From contig MU271241.1 of NCBI GenBank assembly GCA_021432655.1, forward strand, positions 31,988 to 95,987: a stretch of DNA of 64,000 bases, given 5' to 3'. Made by a program: the position numbers and the translations under genes. The DNA is from Atractiella rhizophila (Eukaryota). The notes under the pieces are model-generated. The model searched no databases. It was not told where the DNA came from and worked only from the letters and a program-made list of their open reading frames with translations. Each line of letters begins with the position of its first letter. Positions within the stretch are counted from its first letter, which is position 1. Shown here piece by piece: positions 37,287-48,080 of the stretch.

Positions 37287-39619
37287 CTATGCGACACCTT
37301 TGGAAGGCTGACCAGCCTCTGCAGTATCCTGCTGGATGTTGCTGTTTAGCTTGGTCTGCCCTCCATACTCAGTCTCTTCATCGAAAGGCATTAACGTGGA
37401 AGCGCACCTGTGCGTCATCAATTGCAGCTTGGGTATCCTCTCCCTGAGCCAGCTTGATTTGGTTAACGAGGAGTAAACCGCTCAATTTAAGCACCTTGTT
37501 CTTGATCTTTCCGCGTTGAAGAATCTCTCCCTGAGCAGAGTTCGTTCCTCCGGCTGACGACAATGTCAACGACCCTCCACAAAGGAAATGCAAAATGGCC
37601 CACCAGCATCGATAGCAGGGTTGAATTGTTCAGTTTCAGCATTTTCAGCCTGTTTACTCGTTAGCTAGCCTATTAATGATCTAGAAGAAGAGCGCTCACA
37701 GCTTTCCTCATGGCCTCAACATTATTCTTGTCTGTCTCAGAAACAGTTGCGAGATCGACACCGGCAAACTTGTCAGCGAAAACAGCGTCGGCCTCAGCCT
37801 TCGCGTTACCTAGAACCCGTTGTTAGTACCTTGAAAGAAAAGATCGCCAGCAGACGACGAACCAGCAACTCCATCGCTGATCTGGAAGGCGGCATAGTCG
37901 AGGAGCTGGAATGTAGACCCTCCAGTGGAAGCGGCAGCAGTACTGGCTGCGCTCGTGGCCGCGTTATCAGCAGCTCCAGTGTTGCCAGTGTTCGAGTTAG
38001 TGCTAGCAGCAGCGTTGTCATTGGATGCATTGTTGCTGGTGCTGGTGTTAGCCGCGGCAGCGCCTGCAGAACCGCCAGTGACGCCTTGAGAGGGTTGACC
38101 AGCTTCAGCGGTATCTTGTTGGATGTTATTGTTCAGCTTGGTCTACCATACCGTTATTTCATTATCTTAGAAATAGAATACAAAGCAAAGTAGCGCTGCG
38201 TACCTGGGTCTCGTCGATCTTGGATTGAGTGTCCTGTCCTTGGGCAAGCTTGATCTGGTTGACGAGGAGCTCAGCGCTCAATTTGAGCACCTTGTTCTTG
38301 ATCTTTCCACGCTGAAGGATCTCTCCTTGAGCAGAGTTAGTTCCTCCAGCTGATCAAGTGTCGTTAGAGTCTTTACGAAGGCATTTCGGAAGGGGCTCAC
38401 CAGCATCGATGGCCGGGTTGAATTGCTCGGTCTCAGCAGCTTCAGCCTATGACTGTTTTAGGGACCTGGCGGCATCGAAACTGAGAAGACGAGAAAGCGT
38501 ACAGCTTGCCTCATAGTCTCCACGTTATTTGTGTCTGTCTCAGAAACAGTCGCAAGATCAACACCAGCGAACTTGTCCGCGAAGACAGCATCAGCCTCAG
38601 CCTTGGCATTTCCTGTATTACCCCCGTCAATGGCATACAAAAGGTTACAAATAAAACAGACCGGCAACACCATCGCTGATCTGGAAAGCAGCATAGTCAA
38701 GAAGTTGGAATGTAGATGCTCCAGAGGACGTGGTAGCGGCGTTGCTTGCAGCGACATCCTCGGCGGGTGCGTCATTGGTAGTGTTTGTGTTAGTCACAGC
38801 AGCACCCGCAGAGCCACCAGTGACGCCTTGAGAAGGCTGACCAGCTTCGTCCTTATCTTGCGCGACGTTGTTATTGAGCTTGGTCTAATGTCCCTGTGAG
38901 CTCTTGGTCACGCTTCACACGAAGGATTGAACAAACCTGAGTCTCATCAATTTTTGACTGGGTGTCGTCACCTTGGGCTTGTTTGATTTGATTCACCAAC
39001 AATTCAGCGGTCAGTTTAAGCACCTGAGAAGACAGAATGAGCTCAATGGCACAGTCAGCGAATTAACTGACCTTGTTCTTGATCTTTCCACGTTGAAGGA
39101 TCTCGCCTTGGGCAGAGTTGGTTCCTCCAGCTGCTCTAGGGGTCAACTTCGATGTCCCAACCAGGTACAATACAGCTCTTACCCGCATCGATCGCAGGAT
39201 TGAATTGTTCGGTTTCAGCTGCTTCAGCCTACGAAGAGGTCAGCCTACGTTTGAATACTGAGCAAAGAAGTATTCACCAGCTGCCTCATAGATTCGATAG
39301 TGTTGCGATCGGTATCCTGCACGGCAAATGTTAGCCTTAGCTTCAACCTGCTGCTTGAGAACTAACGGAGATGCTGCTCAAAGATAGACCAGCAATAGGT
39401 GTGAGGAAGACTGCTTGAGCTTCTGCTAAAGCATTGCCGGCGACTGATTTCTTTCTGTCAGTCACGGCACAGCGGTCAAAGGAGAGTTGTCGCACCTCCA
39501 TCGCTGATCTGGAAGTTGGCATAATCCCTAAACTGAAAGACATTTGCCTGTCGTTTCGGGATAGGCAGAGCCCATGAAAGGGAGATGATGGACAAGAGGA
39601 CTGGAGTAGAGAAAAGCAT
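37287..39619 (-). CDS. Secreted protein with three tandem copies of a fungal small-secreted-protein domain
   Basis: Signal peptide MLFSTPVLLSIISLSWA and Kex2-type KR; three repeats of DYAxFQISDGVAGNA...AExAETEQFNPAIDA...QRGKIKNKVLKL...TKLNxN; A/T/N-rich linkers. Confidence 0.92.
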
Positions 39620-40270
39620 TTCGAAAGGATTGTGCGTCAAGAGAACGACTAGCGTTGTAAAGGAAGGCAAAGAATCAAGTTGACGACGAAGAGGTAGTGT
39701 CAAAGGAGCCTAGCTCTCTTTGGAGGAGAAACAGTGACTGAGGCGTATCAACGCAAAAGGAAGGTCGCTCAATTGAAGACTCAGCTTGAGAAATCCGAAA
39801 ATGCCCATGGTTTCCTTTTATAACTTGTACGCGTTGGGATGCAGTCGGCAGAAATACACTCTTCGGGAAAAAGGAACGCAAGGTGTAGCGTTGGAAGCAG
39901 AGACGTGCGCGAGATTTACACAAAGGACCCTGGATATGGAAGTGTTTCAAGTGAGCTCCGCTCAACCGGACCGGACCGCTCCGATCAATCAAGGAGGAAG
40001 AGTTGGTGAGCGGAGACAACAGCAAGGGAACACGATTTTTGACAATGAAGCCATTGCAAAACGATGGTGGTGCTATTGAATGTGTACAATATGGATAGTC
40101 CGAACCTAAGAATGAAGTTAATTGACTTGGACTCAATTAATTTCCTTCTCACTTGACACTCACTGACAGGGCTCTGCGTTTCGCCGTTGATCTGGCAGAC
40201 TGACAGCGCACCACAGAGAGAGGTCATTTCTCGAACCTGTGACACACTGTTTGTAGCCAGCAAAACACTT

Positions 40271-40759
40271 TCAATTTTCTTTCCACTGAAAAGCACATTT
40301 CGTATTCGTACACCTACCCTCTAATGTGAGGATTGTCATGATCCATAAAATAAGAGAACGAACCTGAAAAAAGTCGTCATCGGTTCATCTGCACTCCTGA
40401 TCTGGATCTGCATGTAAAAGGCTCGGTCTGCTTCACATTTGGGACATGTAGCTGCACTGTCGAGTCTGCATAAATTCTTCGAAGTAATGAGGAAACAACC
40501 AACCGATAGTGGTGTCTACGTTCTTCCATGCGTCCTCACCGCCCATAACATCATCTACCTCTTTCCGTTTTAAATAAGTCCGATGTGTGTACTGCTTCTC
40601 GATCTGGTATTCGTAAGGACAGCAATCACAGACAAACTTGTTTGACCCAGATTCTTTGGACACAGTAAGCAGGTTTGAGCAGTTGGGGCAACTGGGAAGA
40701 CAGAAGACATGAACATTAGGTCTGTTACGCTGGAATGAAGGGGAAATGTACAAAATCAT
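40271..40759 (-). CDS. RPC11: RNA polymerase III subunit C11
   Basis: MIF|CPNCSNLL...CPYEY...KRKEVDDVMGGEDAWKNVD, CPKC, QIRSADEPMTTF, C..KCAFQWKEN. Confidence 0.96.
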
Positions 40760-41302
40760 CGTTTCTTCTCAGGCACTACAATCGAGAGGTTCAGTTACGC
40801 TGAAGACAAAGCTGGACAGAACCAGGGGCTAACACTGAGCAACACGTTAGATGTTGAACATTAACTTTGAATGGGCAATGACCCAAGAATGCACTGATTC
40901 GGTTCCGAGAGAATGCAACAAAACGATTTCTGGAGCAAACACTTTGTCGATTATGAACCTAGCATGCTGCAACCATTAATACAGATTTCTTCCGATGGTG
41001 ACATCCCCGCGTGATTTGGCACGGTCTCGCACTGATCTCCTCTTCTATTCTCCTGTCACCATCTTGTTGTTGCCCTGTCCTCTTCTAGTTCTCTATTTTT
41101 ACATAGATCAGTCTCTTAGTAGTTTCTTATTTATATTTCTTATAAAGGACATCCATATGTATTACAGAAAGCAATTCTAGCCAATCCAAAGTAATTTACA
41201 TACAGTTTTCACTGAAAAGCACGAGCAAGAAGACCGCTACGTGTCTCAATATAAATGGCTACTTTGCAGGATATTCAGCGTGGTAGGAATTGAAAGAAGA
41301 TT

Positions 41303-42577
41303 CTAATAGGCTGTGTCTTCGGGAGCGTCATCTTTGACCAATTCCCACATCTCATCCATCTTCATCAGTACTTCTTTGGGCAACGGTCCCCGTCTAAGAG
41401 ACGTAGCGTTCTGAAAAATGTGCTCCAGTTTGCTAGCTCCGATAATTACTCCATCCCCAAACTCGCCGCGTAGCCGAGAATGGAAAGCAATCCAGCGCAG
41501 GGCCACATCGATCCCATTCAAGTCAAATTGTTCCAACGTTCTCTGTAGAGATTGCAGAGCGTCAAAAACGCTCTGTCGCAAAATCAATTTTCGATACAGC
41601 TTGGCAATACGATGGTCTCCCTCGAACCTGAGTAAAAGGCTCAGTTTCCGAGCGGTAGAAGTAGTGACCAACTTTACCTTCCAGGTGGAATCTGGTCCGG
41701 AGACTTCCATTTTCCTGCAAATATACCTCCAGCCGTTGGACTGAAAGCGTAAATCTTCATATTGTACTTCCGTGCCACATCGAAGAGGTTGTCCTCTGCT
41801 TCTGGTTGCCTGTATAAAGCGTTGTAGCAGTCTTGCAGAGCCGTGGGACGAATCCAACCATTCTGGTCGGCAATCTGTCCAGGTCGAGTCAGTGCAAGAC
41901 TTAAGGTGCGTGTGAAGTTACTCGAATGTACTCCTCAATTTCTTCAGGGGAATGGTTCGACAATCCGAACTACTCCCTACTCAGGATTGATAGGTCTAAG
42001 TGAATAAGGGCTCACCGCTTCAAATGCGTGACTGCGATAGCAGTAGTCGACGGCTCTTAGCGTCTCTTCAGCAGGAACCGATGGATCTCCATGTCCCCCA
42101 CCGTTAGCGTTCAGCAGATAAAGAGATGGGAGCGACTGACTAGGGCCGTGCAGCCAGAATATTCTTACTTTGTCGATCTTGAGGAGTGCCAAACTTCCTG
42201 CGAGGCTCTTCTTGATATTTTCATCCGAATGAGAGCTGGGATCTGCCTTAGTGTCGATCTTGAACCCGTTGCTCACTCCAGCCTCTCCCAGGAGCGTTTC
42301 TGAGGTCCCTAAAAACCATTTCATCAGAAACACCCAAGGGCGGGAAGCACAAAACAACGCGCGTGGGAAACCTGGGGCGTAGCCCATCGCTGTATCTACG
42401 GAAGTGATATTGTTTTCCTTACATAGAGCTAGGACGGCTCGAGTGACATCCACATCGGTGGCGAATGCTAGGGGTCCCTGCCCGACGCTCCCTACACTAT
42501 ACGGTCTGAATGGTGTAAGAACGACAGCAAGGTTACATGCCTGCACCGAATAGGATCTCAATTGGAGCAACATGCAT
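41303..42577 (-). CDS. Aldo-keto reductase, AKR7/aflatoxin-aldehyde-reductase-like, copy 1
   Basis: VDTAMGY, IDTKA, IFWLHGP, FGLSNH, YAFSPTAGG, ALRWIAFHSRL..EFGDGVIIGASK..H, GPLP. Confidence 0.9.
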
Positions 42578-42856
42578 ATTGAAGTTTCGATTTTTGGGGG
42601 TTGTTAAATGATGGTCGTACTTATGCTTTTGGCGCTTGACGTGTGTTGTGTTGATATTATCGATTGCGCTGCTCGGTCCGCGGCATTGGGGCTTCTCCCC
42701 GATCTGCCGTCTGCTCCGCTTACGCCAGCCATTTCAGTACAGGTAAACGACGGCGAAGTATAAAGAGCCAGTTTGATAAAACATCGGACACTACCACACC
42801 AAAGGTTTCCACATCCACTGGCACCGCCGAATTCGCGAAACTTCCAGACTGACAGT

Positions 42857-42909
42857 ATGCCCACAGTAACTCACAAAGCTTCTTCGACGACGATCGCGAA
42901 CTCTGCTTC
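42857..42909 (+). pseudogene. DUF427 5' stub (about 17 codons); second stub at 44846-44898
   Basis: MPTVTHKASSTTIANSA matches the start of the full gene at 45645 and is cut at the unit junction. Confidence 0.85.
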
Positions 42910-43289
42910 ATTTCTGGAGCAAACACTTTGTCGATTATGAACCTAGCATGCTGCAACCATTAATACAGATTTCTTCCGATGGTGACATCCCCGCGTGATT
43001 TGGCACGGTCTCGCACTCATCTCCTCTTCTATTCTCCTGTCACCATCTTGTTGTTGCCCTGTCCTCTTCTAGTTCTCTATTTTTACATAGATCAGTCTCT
43101 TAGTAGTTGTTTCTTATTTATATTTCTTATAAAGGACATCCACATGTATTACACAAAGCAATTCTAGCCAATCCAAAGTAATTTACATAGAGTTTTCGCT
43201 GAAAAGCACGAGCAAGAAGACCGCTACGTGTCTCAATATAAATGGCTACTTTGCAGGATATTCAGCGTGGTAGGAATTGAAAGGAGATT

Positions 43290-44566
43290 CTAATAGGCTG
43301 GGTCTTCGGGAGCGTCATCTTTGACCGATTCCCACATCTCATCCATCTTCATCACTACTTCTTTGGGCAACGGTCCCCGTCTAAGAGAAGTAGCGTTCTG
43401 AGAAATGTGCTCCAGCTTGCTAGCTCCGATAATTACTCCATCCCCAAAATCGCCGCGTAGCCGAGAATGGAAAGCAATCCAGCGCAGGGCCACATCGATC
43501 CCATTCAAGTCAAATTGTTCCAACGTTCTCTGTAGAGATTGCAGAGCGTCAAAAACGCTCTGTCGCAAAAACAATTTTCGATACAGCTTGGCAATACGAT
43601 GGTCTCCCTCGAACCTGAGTAAAAGGCTCAGTTTGTCCGAGCGGTAGAAGTAGTGACCAACTCTACCTTCCAGGTGGAATCTCGTCCGGAGACTTCCATT
43701 TTCCTGCAAATATACCTCCAGCCGTCGGACTGAAAGCGTAAATCTTCATATTGTACTTCCGTGCCACATCGAAGAGGTTGTTCTCTGCTTCTGGTTGCCT
43801 GTATAAAGCGCTGTAGCAGTCTTGCAGAGCCGTGGGACGAATCCAACCTTTCTGGTCGGCAATCTGTCCAGGTCGAGTCAGTGCAAGACTTGGGGTGCGA
43901 GTGAAGTTACTCGAATGTACTCCTCAATTTCTTCAGGGGAATGGTTCGACAATCCGAACTACTCCCTACTCAGGATTAATAGGTCTAAGTGAATAAGGGC
44001 TCACCGCTTCAAATGCGTGACTGCGATAGCAGTAGTCGACGGCTCTTAGCGTCTCTTCAGTAGGAACCGATGGATCTACATGTCCCCCACCGTTGGCGTT
44101 CAGCAGACAAAGAGATGGGAGCGACTGACTAGGGCCGTGCAGCCAGAATATTCTTACTTTGTCGATCTTGAGGAGTGCCAAACTTCCTGCGAGGCTCTTC
44201 TTGATATTTTCATCCGAATGAGAGCTGGGATCTGCCTTAGTGTCGATCTTGAACCCGTTGCTCACTCCAGCCTCTCCCAGGAGCGTTTCTGAGGTCCCTA
44301 AAAACCATTTCATCAGAAACACCCAAGGGCGGGAAGCACAAAACAACGCGCGTGGGAAACCTGGGGCGTAGCCCATCGCTGTATCTACGGAAGTGATATT
44401 GTTTTCCTTACATAGAGCTAGGACGGCTCGAGTGACATCCACATCGGTGGCGAATGCTAGGGGTCCCTGCCCGACGCTCCCTACACTATACGGTCTGAAT
44501 GGTGTAAGAACGACAGCAAGGTTACATGCCTGCACCGAATAGGATCTCAATTGGAGCAACATGCAT
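43290..44566 (-). CDS. Aldo-keto reductase, AKR7-like, copy 2
   Basis: Near-identical to copy 1 with the frame intact. Confidence 0.9.
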
Positions 44567-44898
44567 ATTGAAGTTTCGATTTTTGGGGGTTGTTAAATGA
44601 TGGTCGTACTTATGCTTTTGGCGCTTGACGTGTGTTGTGTTGATATTATCGATTGCGCTGCTCGGTCCGCGGCATTGGGGCTTCTCCCCGATCTGCCGTC
44701 TGCTCCGCTTACGCCAGCCATTTCAGTACAGGTAAACGACGGCGAAGTATAAAGAGCCAGTTTGATAAAACATCGGACACTACCACACCAAAGGTTTCCA
44801 CATCCACTGGCACCGCCGAATTCGCGAAACTTCCAGACTGACAGTATGCCCACAGTAACTCACAAAGCTTCTTCGACGACGATCGCGAACTCTGCTTC

Positions 44899-45358
44899 AA
44901 AAGAGATGGGAGCGACTGACTAGGGCCGTGCAGCCAGAATATTCTTACTTTGTCGATCTTGAGGAGTGCCAAACTTCCTGCGAGGCTCTTCTTGATATTT
45001 TCATCCGAATGAGAGCTGGGATCTGCCTTAGTGTCGATCTTGAACCCGTTGCTCACTCCAGCCTCTCCCAGAAGCGTTTCTGAGGTCCCTAAAAACCATT
45101 TCATCAGAAACACCCAAGGGCGGGGAAGCACAAAACAACGCGCGTGGGAAACCTGGGGCGTAGCCCATCGCTGTATCTACGGAAGTGATATTGTTTTCCT
45201 TACATAGAGCTAGGACGGCTCGAGTGACATCCACATCGGTGGCGAATGCTAGGGGTCCCTGCCCGACGCTCCCTACACTATACGGTCTGAATGGTGTAAG
45301 AACGACAGCAAGGTTACATGCCTGCACCGAATAGGATCTCAATTGGAGCAACATGCAT
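44899..45358 (-). pseudogene. Aldo-keto reductase copy 3, 5' part only
   Basis: Homology ends inside the intron following LHGP. Confidence 0.88.
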
Positions 45359-45644
45359 ATTGAAGTTTCGATTTTTGGGGGTTGTTAAATGATGGTCGTA
45401 CTTATGCTTTTGGCGCTTGACGTGTGTTGTGTTGATATTATCGATTGCGCTGCTCGGTCCGCGGCATTGGGGCTTCTCCCCGATCTGCCGTCTGCTCCGC
45501 TTACGCCAGCCATTTCAGTACAGGTAAACGACGGCGAAGTATAAAGAGTCAGCAAGTTGATAAAACAAACATCGGACACTACCACACCAAAGGTTTCCGC
45601 ATCCACTGGCACCGCCGAATTCGCGAAACTTCCAGACTGACAGT

Positions 45645-46042
45645 ATGCCCACAGTAATTCACAAAGTTTCTTCGACGACGATCGCGAACTCTGCTTCTCC
45701 AACGACGGTGGAGGGGAACTTCTACGTATGCCTCTCTTCGGACGGGCCTTTACACTTTATTAATGGTGCTATTAATCAGTTCCCTCCCTCTGATGTAGAG
45801 ACGGCCTTGTTGATCGAGAGTCCCACGGACTACACTTGTGCGTTCATCATCAACTTGGGAAATCCGAGAGCCCTAAAGGATGTAAAGGTCCCTGGAAAGG
45901 GAAGTCTCAATACTGGTCTCTCAAACTCCCTTCCGGAGAAGTAATCCAAGACGTAGCATGGAGTTATCCCACCCCAAAGGAAAAGGCAAATCATATCAAA
46001 GGATTCTTCGCTTTCGACAAGAAAAAGCTGCTTGTTGAGTGA
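45645..46042 (+). CDS. DUF427-family protein
   Basis: TTVEGNFY|FPPSDV...T|CPWKGKSQYWS...DVAWSYPTPKEKANHIKGFFAF. Confidence 0.93.
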
Positions 46043-46192
46043 ACCCTGAACAAATCATAAATGACGGTGAACGATGAAAGTTAAAGCATTTGTCAAAGTT
46101 GGTGCTCAAATCAGAGAGGTGTGGAATTGTGCTGTATAACAAGGAATATGAAGAATGCAATACAACTGATATGTGCGTACCAAGAATGTAGT

Positions 46193-47671
46193 TCAGGGTA
46201 GTTGAATTCTCAAGCTAGAGGAGGGAACAACACCGAACTGCTCCTGTTTCCCATCCCCTAAAATCCAGCCATCCTCGCTCGCAGCTAGGAAAGCATCCAC
46301 TACTTCCACTTCTTGATCTTCTACTCCAGCTTCTGGAACAGTAATCTCTGGCGTCGTCCGGAAGACCAACGAGTTGGTTTCGGGGGGAGGGGCGTGAGCT
46401 TGATGCGTAGAAGGGAGAAGGAACTGCAGCATTGTGCCTGGATAAAACCTCAGATCCATCTCGGTTCCTAAAGCCAGGTTCCCGCGCGCTGGGTCGCCTC
46501 CCCATATCGAGACGAGCCAGTCGACTGCTTCGGGATGGAATGTTGACAAGTTGGGCTAGCGACACACCTGTGTCAGTTCTCGAAGTATCTGAAAAAAAGA
46601 TGCTAGCACTTACCGGGGGACGAGTGTACAACGCTCCATAAAGGGCGACATCCTTTTGATCCCCTGGTATCTCATTAAAGATGGATTGTACGATGGCTGT
46701 CGCTGAATAATTGTCTAGAGTCTCGACGACATTCCCACGAGCCCTTTGCCAGAGCAGACGATGAGCGTGTTGAGGCTAATCAAAAGGAATATATACTTGG
46801 TTATTGCAAAGGCACGATTGCCCAGTACCTGCATAGGGGGGTAGTTGATTCTTGCCGAAGAAAAAGCGTGGGTCGAGATGGTCAAACCAACTTGACAGTC
46901 TATGTCTCATTCAGCCCGACCAATGGTTTCATCAAGGGAGGAACAGACCTGAAAATGACTGCTCATTCCGAAAGAATGTAAAAGGACGCCCAGTGAGGAA
47001 AGGCGTAGCAGCCCCTATCAATCCCAACTATTTCACCGTCGGTAGTCATGAAGAGTCCACAGGGAAAAGTACCTTTTGTGCGCGAGGAAAGTGTTGGTTC
47101 AATCGTTGTAAAAAGTTGTGTGGCGTATCGTCTGAAAAATAGATGATCTGTTGCACTTGCTGCTCACTCGCTCGCCAATAGATAAGCGGTGTCTACGTTT
47201 ACTGAGGAAAAGGGTGGCAGACCTGATTTTTTCCAACCCCTCGAATCCATTCGAAGGTTCCTCCTCTCCCTGAGTCTCCAAGCCTAGACTCGATGACATC
47301 GGCTTTCGTCTGGACGATTCATTTCCTCCAATCCCTTCTCTTCCAACCGTGGTTTTCTGCATCCCAACTACATGCGTCCTAAATGCATTCACGCCGGTAC
47401 CACCACATATTTCAGCAGTCGCAAGAGCAACAGAGTGTTTATGTTCCCAACCGTCGAAGCCTAATGGGCCTGAAATGCACCCAATGAGATTAGGGAACTT
47501 GGAGCGCAAAGTTATTATTGCATTGGAGAGAGACGACGCTGGGAGAGTGCTGGGCAGAGTGCAAAGGGTGACAGAGGAGGAAGGGGCGGGAGCGAGTGAG
47601 GACAGGGCGGAGACAAGGGCAGAGGGTGATGACGAGAGATAGGTACGCGTGTTAAATATTCGTCGTGACAT
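46193..47671 (-). CDS. FIST-domain-like fungal protein, multi-exon
   Basis: LIGCISGPL...HSVALA, LGLIGAATPFLTGRPFTFF, GGDPARGNLAL, FLAASEDGW; family assignment from recalled similarity only. Confidence 0.6.
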
Positions 47672-48080
47672 TCCGCACGATGTCTGTTCAGGCACGGTAA
47701 CGTCAGCTCAAACGCGAATGAGGATGTCATCAACCCTTACAAAAGTCGAGCTCTTTGCGCTTGCGACGCCACTTCCTTTCGCCACTTATATTTGGATTCA
47801 ACAAAAAAATGCACTTGTCTTCACTCTCCTCTCCTCACCTTGAGCACAGCTTACGTCAACGAAGGTTTTACTCATAGGCAACAGGCTTTTTCAAATTTGT
47901 CACGTGACGCAGCACTTCCGCAGGTGGAAACAGCACTCGTTGTGGATGAAAGGAACAGAGATTCAACGTTGATCATCTCTAAGCAATAAGGTTAGAATGG
48001 AGACGATAGGTCTCTCTCGAACGAGCTTGTGAATACGCACTTATGAATGACAGAATGAGGGCAGAACGCAAAATAGGTCA

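Larger units (their letters stand above)
40926..45697. repeat. Tandem array: two units of about 1.99 kb (40926-42909, 42910-44898) plus a partial third (44899-45697)
   Basis: ATTTCTGGAGCAAACAC at 40926 and 42910; all three units end at ...GCGAACTCTGCTTC. Confidence 0.97.

Noticed and set aside
36555..37297. 172-aa and 75-aa minus-strand ORFs
   Set aside because: They start in the 3' flank of the secreted-protein gene and show no recognisable motif or splice model.
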